From IMG/VR virus record IMGVR_UViG_3300025849_000002: a stretch of 36,623 nucleotides of DNA; one strand, written 5' to 3'. A program made the translations under genes and the position numbers. Numbering within the stretch: the stretch's first letter is position 1; the number at the start of each line of letters is the position of its first letter. The notes below the pieces were generated by a model, which ran no database searches, was not told where the DNA came from, and saw only the letters and a list, made by a program, of their open reading frames with translations. Source of the DNA: a virus. Shown piece after piece: positions 1 through 7,824 of this stretch.

Positions 1-63
1 CTTTGGCCTCGTTGGCCTCGCCTTATGCATGCTCTATCTAATCATTACAGCTTGAGGAATTTG
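1..63. repeat. 63-bp terminal direct repeat, identical to 36561..36623 (closed circular or permuted contig)
   Basis: Read directly: ctttggcctcgttggcctcgcc...cttgaggaatttg occurs at both ends. The repeat lies inside a small ORF (36532..36615), which argues for an assembly overlap rather than a physical genome end. Confidence 0.9.
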
Positions 64-109
64 GTCACATCCAAAAAGCTTTATACATTTCGACCATAAA
101 TAAAACAAC

Positions 110-523
110 ATGAACAAAGAACAACTGCTCGAGACTCTCAAGGGTCTCACCACCGCTATCGAGAGCGGCAACAACACCGCCTCAAGCGAGGATCTGTATC
201 AGTCCTTCTATGCGGGCATCCGGTACGTCCTTGATGAGCTTCGACACATGGACTGTGAGGAGAAGGAAGTTAACTGGTCTATCGGTAGCGACGACGGGGC
301 CGATGAGTACGGTAGCCTTGCGATTAAGTGGCAGCTCAGTAAGGAGTTCTTGCGGGACGTCGGTAATTGGAACGACACCTTCGAAGTGAAGAGTGAGAAG
401 TATGTCGAGCACATTCCTAAGCGCGACATCTCCACCATCCTCAATGATATCGGCCTGGCTTGCGACCCACCGGCGCAGCCTACGACGACTGAAACCACTA
501 ACCCTGAAACCCCTAATGCCTAA
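110..523 (+). CDS. hypothetical early protein (137 aa)
   Basis: ATG-initiated ORF. Its TAA overlaps the next start (TAATG). No motif recognised. Confidence 0.6.
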   Translation: MNKEQLLETLKGLTTAIESGNNTASSEDLYQSFYAGIRYVLDELRHMDCEEKEVNWSIGSDDGADEYGSLAIKWQLSKEFLRDVGNWNDTFEVKSEKYVEHIPKRDISTILNDIGLACDPPAQPTTTETTNPETPNA

Positions 524-714
524 TGCCTAGTATGGACTACTGCAAGTTCGAGAACACCGCGATTGATATGGCTAAGTGTGTCGAACACCTCGAAGATGAC
601 CGCCGGCTGCCTTCCGTAAGGGAGGTGGCTGCTTTCAAGCGTCTCGTAAAGTACTGTGAAGACTTTCTTGAGTACGCTGAAGACTATAACCTTGATACAG
701 AAGACAATGACTGA
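523..714 (+). CDS. hypothetical small acidic protein (63 aa)
   Basis: Translationally coupled at both ends (TAATG upstream, ATGACTGA downstream). Asp/Glu-rich C-terminus. Confidence 0.55.
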   Translation: MPSMDYCKFENTAIDMAKCVEHLEDDRRLPSVREVAAFKRLVKYCEDFLEYAEDYNLDTEDND

Positions 715-901
715 ACACGACTACCTTGAACTGTGCTCTGATCTTGCCGACCTGATTGTCGCGGCGAGGCACGGGCGCGACTACTTAGTGCGAGAGGAGA
801 ACGGAGACATGCGTTACACACCTGCTGCCCAGCACACCTTTGACGACGCAATGTGTGACGTCGAGCGCCTCATTAAAAAAGCAACCAACTACAATGATTG
901 A
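707..901 (+). CDS. hypothetical protein (64 aa)
   Basis: ATG at 707 overlaps the upstream stop. The ORF-track start at 656 lies inside the previous gene. Confidence 0.55.
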   Translation: MTEHDYLELCSDLADLIVAARHGRDYLVREENGDMRYTPAAQHTFDDAMCDVERLIKKATNYND

Positions 902-1091
902 CCCTAACTCTGAAGAAACCTTAGTTGCCATTGGCAACGAGGTGGGCCGACTGCTCGAGCAGTACGGCGTAATTGAAACTGAGCCTATTGACGACGACGG
1001 TGGCTACGTCATGGAAGAGGACATGTACGCCATCTATGAGGACTTCGTCTGTTGCATCCTCGATAGCATCCAAAAATTAGAAAAGCAATGA
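894..1091 (+). CDS. hypothetical small highly acidic protein (65 aa)
   Basis: ATG at 894 overlaps the upstream TGA (ATGATTGA). About 30 percent Asp/Glu. Confidence 0.55.
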   Translation: MIDPNSEETLVAIGNEVGRLLEQYGVIETEPIDDDGGYVMEEDMYAIYEDFVCCILDSIQKLEKQ

Positions 1092-1372
1092 TATCTGCAC
1101 TCCAACGCACCAAGCACCTCGACAAGCACATCGGCGCACTGCTGCGGGACAAAGCCAAGCGCCTCAAGAATTACAACGACCGTAGGGGATGGGACGATGC
1201 CTGTGGGGACATCAAGCGGACCAGGGCGTTCGCTAGTCTTTGGAATACCCATTGCTCGACCCGACAACTGCGGAACTTCTATCTTGACGGCGAGACGGCA
1301 TGGCGAGATGCGATCCCCCGGTTTATCAACGAGGTCATCACTGAGAATCACAACCTAGAGAAAGAGCTATGA
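1088..1372 (+). CDS. hypothetical basic protein (94 aa)
   Basis: ATGA overlap with the upstream gene. Lys/Arg-rich. Confidence 0.55.
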   Translation: MISALQRTKHLDKHIGALLRDKAKRLKNYNDRRGWDDACGDIKRTRAFASLWNTHCSTRQLRNFYLDGETAWRDAIPRFINEVITENHNLEKEL

Positions 1373-1521
1373 GTAAACCAAGCCCAATGGGTGAAGCCCT
1401 AGTCAGATGGGGTATACAAAACGTCTCGATATGGCAGATTGCCGACCGCACTATGGGTCGAGAGTACGCGCTGCGTATCTACCCTGAGAGTGCTGAATTC
1501 TTTAAACACATGGAGCAATGA
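1369..1521 (+). CDS. small ORF not in the track (50 aa, MSKPSPMGEALVRWGIQNVSIWQIADRTMGREYALRIYPESAEFFKHMEQ), possible HTH
   Basis: Own translation. ATG 1369 overlaps the upstream TGA and its own TGA overlaps the methyltransferase ATG (ATGA at both ends). It fills an otherwise uncoded gap in a tightly coupled gene chain. Confidence 0.4.
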   Translation: MSKPSPMGEALVRWGIQNVSIWQIADRTMGREYALRIYPESAEFFKHMEQ

Positions 1522-2525
1522 ATCACGCAAGTTTATTCAGCGGTATCGGGGGCTTCGACCTCGCTGCCGAGTGGATGGGGTGGACTAACCTCTTCCATGT
1601 AGAGCGCGACGAGTTCTGTCGCGACATCCTTACACATCATTTCCCAAACTCACAGTCATATGAAGACATCAAACAGTTTAACGGATACCCATGGGCAGGA
1701 CGCATCGACGTTCTCTCTGGAGGCTTTCCTTGTCAGCCGTTCTCCACAGCAGGACAACGTCAAGGGGTTGCCGACGATCGATATCTCTGGCCGGAAATGC
1801 TTAGAGTTGTCCGAGAAGCTCGCCCCACATGGGTCGTGGCAGAGAATGTTCGCGGGCTTACTTCATGGTCAGACGGGATGGTTTTCGACCAGGTGTGCTC
1901 TGATTTGGAAGGTGAAGGCTACAAAGTCTTCCCGACCGTTCTTCCAGCTGCTAGCGTCGCGAACTGCCCCCACAAGCGGGACCGAGTCTGGATTATTGCT
2001 TACGCCCACGGCAGCAGAAACCATCGAGCACCCGGACAAGATGTGGGAACGCAGCCGCAAGGCAGGGTACCGGAATGGCACGAGGTGGTCTTCTCTGTGG
2101 AGTCAAGTCGTTTACGGGGACTTCCTGCCGACCCCGATAGCTTGGGATGGAATAGGTGGTGGGCCGAGGAAAATGAGCGAAGGCAAGGTGACACAGGGCA
2201 AGGGTTACAGCCCTCGACTGAAAGACCTAGCGGCAGCGGGAATGCTTCCGACACCGACGGCACGATGTTGGAATCAAGGCACAGAGAAGGAGCGACCGGA
2301 GGGTCAACCGACTCGCCGATCCGAACTGAATCATCTCGTGGCCCAAGAGGTTGGTCGGCCTTCCCAACTGAATCCCCGCTTTGTGGCGGAGATGATGGGC
2401 TTCCCACCGAATTGGACGGAATCACCTTTCCAAAGTGGAGAAAAGAAAGTGTGAAGGCGTATGGCAATGCCATCGTCCCGCAAGTAGCGTATCAAATCTT
2501 TAAATCAATACAACAACATGGCTGA
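1518..2525 (+). CDS. DNA (cytosine-5) methyltransferase
   Basis: Motifs read in translation: FSGIGG (I), GFPCQPFS (IV), ENV (VI), RDRVWIIA (VIII), GNAIVPQV (X). GGAG lies 5 nt upstream of the ATG. The segment between motifs VIII and X is R/G/S/E-rich and low in complexity. Confidence 0.85.
   Translation: MNHASLFSGIGGFDLAAEWMGWTNLFHVERDEFCRDILTHHFPNSQSYEDIKQFNGYPWAGRIDVLSGGFPCQPFSTAGQRQGVADDRYLWPEMLRVVREARPTWVVAENVRGLTSWSDGMVFDQVCSDLEGEGYKVFPTVLPAASVANCPHKRDRVWIIAYAHGSRNHRAPGQDVGTQPQGRVPEWHEVVFSVESSRLRGLPADPDSLGWNRWWAEENERRQGDTGQGLQPSTERPSGSGNASDTDGTMLESRHREGATGGSTDSPIRTESSRGPRGWSAFPTESPLCGGDDGLPTELDGITFPKWRKESVKAYGNAIVPQVAYQIFKSIQQHG
1660..2454 (+). other. 264-codon overlapping ORF in the +1 register of the methyltransferase gene, carrying LPTPxA repeats and an MMGFPPNWT (motif IX-like) element
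   Basis: Stop-free from 1603 to 2454. Translation shows LLLTPTAAE (1993..2019), FLPTPIAWD, MLPTPTARC and LNPRFVAEMMGFPPNWT (MMGFPPNWT = 2392..2418). Its status as separate gene, frameshift segment or chance is unresolved. Confidence 0.3.
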
Positions 2526-2739
2526 AAACAAGTTTCAACACTACCTCCCGGAGGAGGACGAGCTCATCATCAAGATGGCAAACCAAGGCTGTCCCACTTG
2601 GGAAATAGCTAACGCTCTTGGGCGTACCGAAACCGTTCTATATTACAGACGTACCAAGCTTGGCGTAGACCCTGGTCCGTGGCCCGGAAGCCGTAAGTAT
2701 CAGCGTCTCAAGGCCCTTTCCGAAAAGAACTCTATATAA
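2518..2739 (+). CDS. Myb/SANT-like helix-turn-helix protein (73 aa)
   Basis: The pattern EEDELIIKMANQGCPTWEIANALGRTETVLYYRRTKL fits the W-x-IA-x-GRT Myb/SANT repeat. The ORF overlaps the upstream stop by 8 nt. Confidence 0.5.
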   Translation: MAENKFQHYLPEEDELIIKMANQGCPTWEIANALGRTETVLYYRRTKLGVDPGPWPGSRKYQRLKALSEKNSI

Positions 2740-3086
2740 TGCAATTCATTATCTCTCTCGTCTGCCTCAGCATTCTTCTCAATGCAATCAATTGGTTCTA
2801 TGGCAAACCGAAAATACCACCACGCCTTGACCAGATAGCAAGCCGTATTGCACAGGGTAATGTGCCTAAGAAATACGACTTGATTCTGAGAGAAAAAATT
2901 ACAGGCTATCGCGAGCACTACACGCTTGTGGCTGGTCGAATGTGCTGCCGCGCCGAGCCTTACTATGACAGGACGACCAAAGAAAGTGTGTACGCTTTGG
3001 TCATTGGGTTCAAGGAGCACGTGTCTAGCCCGGCAGACAAGTACATCACCATTCCCGTCTATAAAAACGGTAACCTTTACGAATAA
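2739..3086 (+). CDS. N-terminally membrane-anchored small protein (115 aa), paralog of 3704..4024
   Basis: Hydrophobic N-terminus, PP-x-L motif, C-terminal NGNLYE. TAATG coupling at both ends. Confidence 0.55.
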   Translation: MQFIISLVCLSILLNAINWFYGKPKIPPRLDQIASRIAQGNVPKKYDLILREKITGYREHYTLVAGRMCCRAEPYYDRTTKESVYALVIGFKEHVSSPADKYITIPVYKNGNLYE

Positions 3087-3349
3087 TGAGCCTATCAGTA
3101 GAAGTTTTTGACCATCACAAAGGAGGTGTTTACTACGTCCTCCTACAGCACGACACCTTGTACGAGATGGACGAGTTGAATCCTCAAGGAGTGTTGCGCT
3201 GCATTAAGCTAGGTTCTGTATGGCCTAAAGGCGAGATGCTTACGCTAGACAGTCACAAGTTTGGTCGGCTTCTTCAAATGTCTGAAGTACCCCCAGGCAT
3301 AAGGAAGGAAGTCATGAATTTAATCTCAAAAGAAATAACACATGTATGA
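3086..3349 (+). CDS. hypothetical protein (87 aa), weakly DUF1653-like (HHKGGVYYVL)
   Basis: Coupled ORF. The family assignment comes from memory of one motif only. Confidence 0.5.
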   Translation: MSLSVEVFDHHKGGVYYVLLQHDTLYEMDELNPQGVLRCIKLGSVWPKGEMLTLDSHKFGRLLQMSEVPPGIRKEVMNLISKEITHV

Positions 3350-3701
3350 AACCACGCGCTTGTCGTATAAGATATTGATTGCAGACATTCGGATCTATAT
3401 CGACAACATCGACAGAAACTCAAATCAGCTTGAGCACAGGCTGAAAAGAATTGCTATTGCTGACAGTAACAGGCACCTGCATCACACGCTTAAGATGTTT
3501 AGAAATCACCTTGAACGTGACGACTACAACACAGCGCTGATCATGCTCGCCATTTGTCGCAACAAACTGTACAAGTATATAGCCGAAGCGTTGCTTGCTG
3601 ACGTAGACTTTGATATTAGCGGTGCAGCAGGTATCTTGAATGATATTGAACAGTACGCTAGGTCGTTGCAAATAAAAGAAGCCATCCAAAACCCCTGCTA
3701 A
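3342..3701 (+). CDS. hypothetical protein (119 aa)
   Basis: ORF overlaps the upstream stop by 8 nt. Looks helical. No motif recognised. Confidence 0.55.
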   Translation: MYETTRLSYKILIADIRIYIDNIDRNSNQLEHRLKRIAIADSNRHLHHTLKMFRNHLERDDYNTALIMLAICRNKLYKYIAEALLADVDFDISGAAGILNDIEQYARSLQIKEAIQNPC

Positions 3702-3703
3702 CA

Positions 3704-4024
3704 ATGATATTCTTCTCATCACTCTGCCTAATCATCTCAGGCGGCATCCTGTTGCGTTACTGGTACACCTGTAGGCTCGACCCTCCGCTGCGGTTGAGCG
3801 TTGCTGCCGACCTCGTCAACAGGGGCGCGATACCGGAAGAGTTATTCTGCCACATACCTATGGAGTATGAACAGAGTGAGAGTCACAGCATGTCTGCCAA
3901 GCTAGAGCGTACATTTGTGCAACGCGGTAGGCCCTTGTGGATTATCAGACTAGTCCTTGATGACGGGCATGTCATATCAGACCAGGCCGTACTGTTCGAC
4001 AATAACGGAGACCTATATCAATAA
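3704..4024 (+). CDS. N-terminally membrane-anchored small protein (106 aa), paralog of 2739..3086
   Basis: Same layout as 2739..3086: TM segment, PPLRL motif, C-terminal NGDLYQ. Confidence 0.55.
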   Translation: MIFFSSLCLIISGGILLRYWYTCRLDPPLRLSVAADLVNRGAIPEELFCHIPMEYEQSESHSMSAKLERTFVQRGRPLWIIRLVLDDGHVISDQAVLFDNNGDLYQ

Positions 4025-4028
4025 CATC

Positions 4029-4196
4029 ATGGAATTCATCTTGGAATATTGGGCTGAACTGCTCATCGCTGCAATGGCTTTTGGAAAAGTAATTGTGAAC
4101 TTGACTCCTACGGAATCTGACAATGCTGTCTTTGGCTATCTCGACATTATCATAACTGCCATTACCGGTGATCGGCGTAAGAAGCTTGACGAGTGA
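4029..4196 (+). CDS. small membrane protein (55 aa)
   Basis: ATG 4029 lies just after the upstream TAA. MEFILEYWAELLIAAMAFGKVIV is hydrophobic. The track start at 3957 lies inside the previous gene. Confidence 0.45.
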   Translation: MEFILEYWAELLIAAMAFGKVIVNLTPTESDNAVFGYLDIIITAITGDRRKKLDE

Positions 4197-4462
4197 ACCA
4201 CGCTCAGTATTTACACCTTGTCAGCCGCATCGGAATAAAGCGGGCGGAGATTGATTTGTGGCTCATGGAAAATGAGGGCAAGCTACCGGAGAAAAGGGAG
4301 CAGGTTATGAGGGAAATAGGTGAGCTTTTTGAGGAGGCTGACCATGCTTTATTCCACCTAATGCGACGTTTTGAGGTTGTGAAAAACGAGATGTATGTCA
4401 AAGAGCTTGAGCTAAAAGAAAAGCGCAAGGGCATGGACCGACTTATGCAAACCATGTTATGA
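4193..4462 (+). CDS. hypothetical coiled-coil protein (89 aa)
   Basis: GTG start overlapping the upstream TGA (GTGA). Charged heptad-like sequence. Confidence 0.5.
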   Translation: MNHAQYLHLVSRIGIKRAEIDLWLMENEGKLPEKREQVMREIGELFEEADHALFHLMRRFEVVKNEMYVKELELKEKRKGMDRLMQTML

Positions 4463-4848
4463 GAAGAGACCAGAAACAGAAGTTTACTGAGTTTGTAAAG
4501 CAGTATGGACTGACTAAGGAGGATTTCTTCCGAGCCAAGCAGGGCTTTGTGTGCGTCACCCGTACTGGAATCGAAAAGATTCAGCGTCACTTGAAGCTGA
4601 TTGTGCATTATGAGGTAGTTGCGGAGCTCTGTGACGTAGCATCTGGTATGTATGTCATCAAAGCCACTGGCGGAGTGGAGGTGGGTGATGAAATCGTACC
4701 GATGCTAGAAAGCTATGGTGAGTCGAGCCCAAAGAATAATCGCAATGCATACCCTGTAGCAATGGCTGAAAAGCGGGCCTTGTCTCGAGTAGTTCTCAAA
4801 GCTGCCGACCTGTATGAGCTTGGCGTGTACGGTGAAGATGAAGCCTGA
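4459..4848 (+). CDS. hypothetical protein (129 aa)
   Basis: ATGA coupling. The C-terminal AMAEKRALSRVVLK-type segment resembles conserved phage replication/recombination-module proteins, but I cannot name the family. Confidence 0.55.
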   Translation: MRRDQKQKFTEFVKQYGLTKEDFFRAKQGFVCVTRTGIEKIQRHLKLIVHYEVVAELCDVASGMYVIKATGGVEVGDEIVPMLESYGESSPKNNRNAYPVAMAEKRALSRVVLKAADLYELGVYGEDEA

Positions 4849-5131
4849 TTGGATTGATGAGCTTTTCGAGGATGGACAAGCGGGACAGGCGGACCCTTAT
4901 GTTGAGCGTCGTTTGGATAGTGCTCTACGTCTCCTGGGTACAAGTGCTCTTGACGATACAGAGAGTCTTGAGTTAGAACTAGTCGATACATATCTTGACT
5001 TCGACAGGGACGATTGGGACAGGCTGTTTACTTATCTTAAAATTAATCAACTTCGTGTTGTTGATTTCTACGCGCCCTCTCAGCGTGAGATTTCGAAGTG
5101 GGTGCGCTTAATTGCATTCAATGAGTTATGA
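4838..5131 (+). CDS. hypothetical acidic protein (97 aa)
   Basis: ATG 4838 overlaps the end of the upstream gene. The track start at 4814 is an upstream in-frame ATG. Confidence 0.5.
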   Translation: MKPDWIDELFEDGQAGQADPYVERRLDSALRLLGTSALDDTESLELELVDTYLDFDRDDWDRLFTYLKINQLRVVDFYAPSQREISKWVRLIAFNEL

Positions 5132-5450
5132 ATTGAAAGGCACGGTGAAACGTGTAATGGAGACTTGGAAGTCTGAGACAAGTGATTTTACCAAGCGGGA
5201 GTTTGTCATTACAGCAGGTGATGAATACCCAAATGACGTAAAGTTTACTGCAATTAAGGACAAGGCAAGTCAGTTAGAAGGACTGAAGGAAGGCGATGAA
5301 GTCTTGGTGCATTTCGACATTCGCGGTAGGGAATACGACGAGAGGTTCTACGTAGACCTGAATGCCTGGAAGATTGAGAAGCAGAAAGGTGCTCCGGCTG
5401 CCTCGAAGAGTAACGAACAACCCATCGGAGAGGATGATTTACCTTTCTGA
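5121..5450 (+). CDS. DUF3127-type OB-fold/SSB-like protein with SSB C-terminal tip (EDDLPF)
   Basis: Translation MSYELKGTV...REFVI...YPNDVKF...GDEVLVHFDIRGREY...WKIEK matches my memory of DUF3127. It ends in an acidic tail GEDDLPF like the bacterial SSB DDDIPF tip. Confidence 0.65.
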   Translation: MSYELKGTVKRVMETWKSETSDFTKREFVITAGDEYPNDVKFTAIKDKASQLEGLKEGDEVLVHFDIRGREYDERFYVDLNAWKIEKQKGAPAASKSNEQPIGEDDLPF

Positions 5451-5451
5451 A

Positions 5452-5829
5452 ATGCTGGATTTGAGGGATGCATTTTACAAGTCGTTGAAGGAGGCGTTAG
5501 AGGTGTATTTTAATGCAGCTCACAGCATTTCGGGGCAAAGCGATGCAGACACGATAATGGTTATTGTTGGTGACCATGTAGATCATTACTTTCCTGACGG
5601 TAAGCAGGGCAGCGACTACGGTAAGAACGCAAGCGTCAGCAATCCAGGCGTCACACTTATTGAAGGTGAGGGAATAAACATTGCATACTCTTACGGGGAT
5701 GCATTGGAAAGTGACCTCTTAAAATCGCTGTCCTTAGCTCAAAGGGTTGAGCTTTTAGAGGCTTGCATCTACGCACTGAATGAACGCTTGAACAGATTAG
5801 ATTCAGGAGGTGAAGACGCAGCTAACTGA
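5452..5829 (+). CDS. hypothetical protein (125 aa)
   Basis: ATG 5452 lies 2 nt after the upstream TGA. The track start at 5362 lies inside the SSB-like gene. Confidence 0.5.
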   Translation: MLDLRDAFYKSLKEALEVYFNAAHSISGQSDADTIMVIVGDHVDHYFPDGKQGSDYGKNASVSNPGVTLIEGEGINIAYSYGDALESDLLKSLSLAQRVELLEACIYALNERLNRLDSGGEDAAN

Positions 5830-7288
5830 TAGCACAATTGAAAGGCTGTGCCACCTAGCCGAAACCATGGTGACCCCCTCGTTTATTGTATCGACCGTAG
5901 GAATTGATTATGATCCCGCAAAAATCAGTGCTCGAAGTAGCGCTGCTCTTCTTGCGGCCTTCATACCTGCCTGTGCGAAAGACATGAACGTACCTGTCGT
6001 AGAGATGGGAGGGGTCACCATGGTATGGTGTGGCACTCACTTCAAACCGCTTACGGAACGGCAAAAGACTCGTGTAATGCGGGCCTTTGCTGCTCCGGCG
6101 GGACTGCTCCGACCAGTAGTGTTGACTCAAGAGTTTAATCGTGAGTATTCTCGAGGGTTCTCGATATACGCAAGTCCGCAAGAAGTCTTTGGTCAGGCTC
6201 AACCGCGAGCGGGCTTGAATTTTGAGGATGGCTTGGTTGTCTTTGATAACGGCGACCCTTTTCTGTGTGCGGGTCACGATCCGGAGTGGCTGACCACCTA
6301 CTGCATTCCCTGCGACAGTACTCGAAACGTAGTGGACAAGAACTGGAATGTGTTTATGGAGGAGACTATACCGGATGCCGAGATAAGGCGGTATACAATT
6401 GCCATGATGGCGAACGCAGTTGCAGGAGACCCTGCTCGTGCGCAAAAAATATTGCTCTTGATTGGTGCTGCCGGGGCCGGAAAGAGCACACTGATTGAGG
6501 CCGTGGCCTCTGTGATAGGTGCTCACAACGTTATGCGCACAGACAACCTTGCTCAAATCACAAAGGACGACAGTAGGCACAGGATGAAGTTGGCTCAAGC
6601 CACCTTGTGTATCAGCGCCGACGCTAGCGACAATCTTGGGGACAAAGACGCGCTTAAGATGATAGTCTCGAAAGAGCCAATCATTGCAAGGAAACTTTAT
6701 TCTGAGCCCGTTGAGGTTGTCCCTAGAGCAAGCTTGATTGTAGCATCGAATGAAGCGGGATTCACCTATGCGTTGAGCGACCCTGGTGTCGAGCGCAGGT
6801 TTGATATTGTAACCTTCAATCATGCCAAGCCTGAGTCACAAAGGGATAGTAGTTTGATTGACAAGCTTAAAGACGTCCGATGCCAAGCTGCCATAGGTAT
6901 TAGTCTAATGAATAGTCTGTCCTTGGAACTGAAGCAAGGCAACAGCAGGTTGGTCAGGCCAAGGGCAATGCAGGAAGAGCTGAATCAGTTACGTATTGAA
7001 GGCGACCCAATCATGAGCTGGATAAATGACAGCGGTATAACTATTGAGATTAAGAAAGGTTCAATCGTTATTCATCAGACGGAGGCGCTTGAGAGTTTCC
7101 GCACGTTCTGTGTGCGTAGCGGATATGCCTCTTGGTCAATGCGTAAATTTAAATCTCGATTGAGGGCATTAAAGGTTAAGGCTGTTGGTCGTAGGGGAAA
7201 GACTCATGATTATCAATTTGGTCTAGATGATGTGGATGCAGCTCGTCGAGCTATGCTAGTGTCCCCTCTTACTGTGATTGACTCTTAA
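5810..7288 (+). CDS. SF3 (P4/D5-like) replicative helicase-primase
   Basis: Walker A GAAGAGKST, Walker B-like LCISADASD, motif C-like LIVASNE, in a 490-aa protein of typical size. The start is uncertain (GTG 5810 or ATG 5867). Confidence 0.75.
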   Translation: MKTQLTDSTIERLCHLAETMVTPSFIVSTVGIDYDPAKISARSSAALLAAFIPACAKDMNVPVVEMGGVTMVWCGTHFKPLTERQKTRVMRAFAAPAGLLRPVVLTQEFNREYSRGFSIYASPQEVFGQAQPRAGLNFEDGLVVFDNGDPFLCAGHDPEWLTTYCIPCDSTRNVVDKNWNVFMEETIPDAEIRRYTIAMMANAVAGDPARAQKILLLIGAAGAGKSTLIEAVASVIGAHNVMRTDNLAQITKDDSRHRMKLAQATLCISADASDNLGDKDALKMIVSKEPIIARKLYSEPVEVVPRASLIVASNEAGFTYALSDPGVERRFDIVTFNHAKPESQRDSSLIDKLKDVRCQAAIGISLMNSLSLELKQGNSRLVRPRAMQEELNQLRIEGDPIMSWINDSGITIEIKKGSIVIHQTEALESFRTFCVRSGYASWSMRKFKSRLRALKVKAVGRRGKTHDYQFGLDDVDAARRAMLVSPLTVIDS

Positions 7289-7824
7289 TGGAATTAAGAA
7301 CTAGGATTTTAAAGTGCAAGCATCTTACAATGGATGAGGTGTCGGATCTAGTGAGGTCTTACATGCTCGGTCGGTTTGAGCTTGGGGGACAGCATGGTGC
7401 AGCAGTGCAGTATTACTTGAGGCACTTCCTTTACATGCCATTCTCTGTAATTGCAGAAGTGTTTGGGAGAAAACCATGGCACGTTCGGCAAACGATTGAG
7501 AGGATGGAACAGAATGCTGAGTCCACTAGGGTTCCCGTCACTATGAACGAGGACTACCAGGTACACATTGAGAACTTTGATGACTACTGTCGAGACAAGT
7601 ATGATGTGAGCAACGTTGAATTGGGTAGCCTAACGAATTATTTAGAGGCTGACTACCTAATGTGGCAAGCGCAAAAGGCAGTAGGCCGATACGAGGATAC
7701 TTGTAACGACGATTCATCTCAATTTGAGCTTTGGGCAGAGGCTCTAGCCTATTTGGAAATTGATGTAACGGAAGAGGTGGTTTTTGAGATGTGCCATACG
7801 TACACAATTAACAAAAATGCATAG
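7288..7824 (+). CDS. hypothetical protein (178 aa), possible HTH regulator
   Basis: TAATG coupling. FSVIAEVFGRKPWHVRQTIERM looks like an HTH. Ends in TAG overlapped by the next gene. Confidence 0.55.
   Translation: MELRTRILKCKHLTMDEVSDLVRSYMLGRFELGGQHGAAVQYYLRHFLYMPFSVIAEVFGRKPWHVRQTIERMEQNAESTRVPVTMNEDYQVHIENFDDYCRDKYDVSNVELGSLTNYLEADYLMWQAQKAVGRYEDTCNDDSSQFELWAEALAYLEIDVTEEVVFEMCHTYTINKNA

Noticed and set aside
2000-2473. Third open frame (157 aa, - strand) over the methyltransferase overlap region
   Set aside because: The translation is Pro/Ser-rich with no motif. The stop-poor antisense frame is what a purine-rich, GC-rich coding stretch produces. It does warn that open frames alone are weak evidence in this region.
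5855-6823. 322-aa ORF on the - strand, fully inside the helicase-primase gene
   Set aside because: It is antisense to a gene with clear Walker motifs. The translation is Arg/Ser/Cys-rich with no motif, and it has no coupling to neighbours. It looks like a chance open frame.
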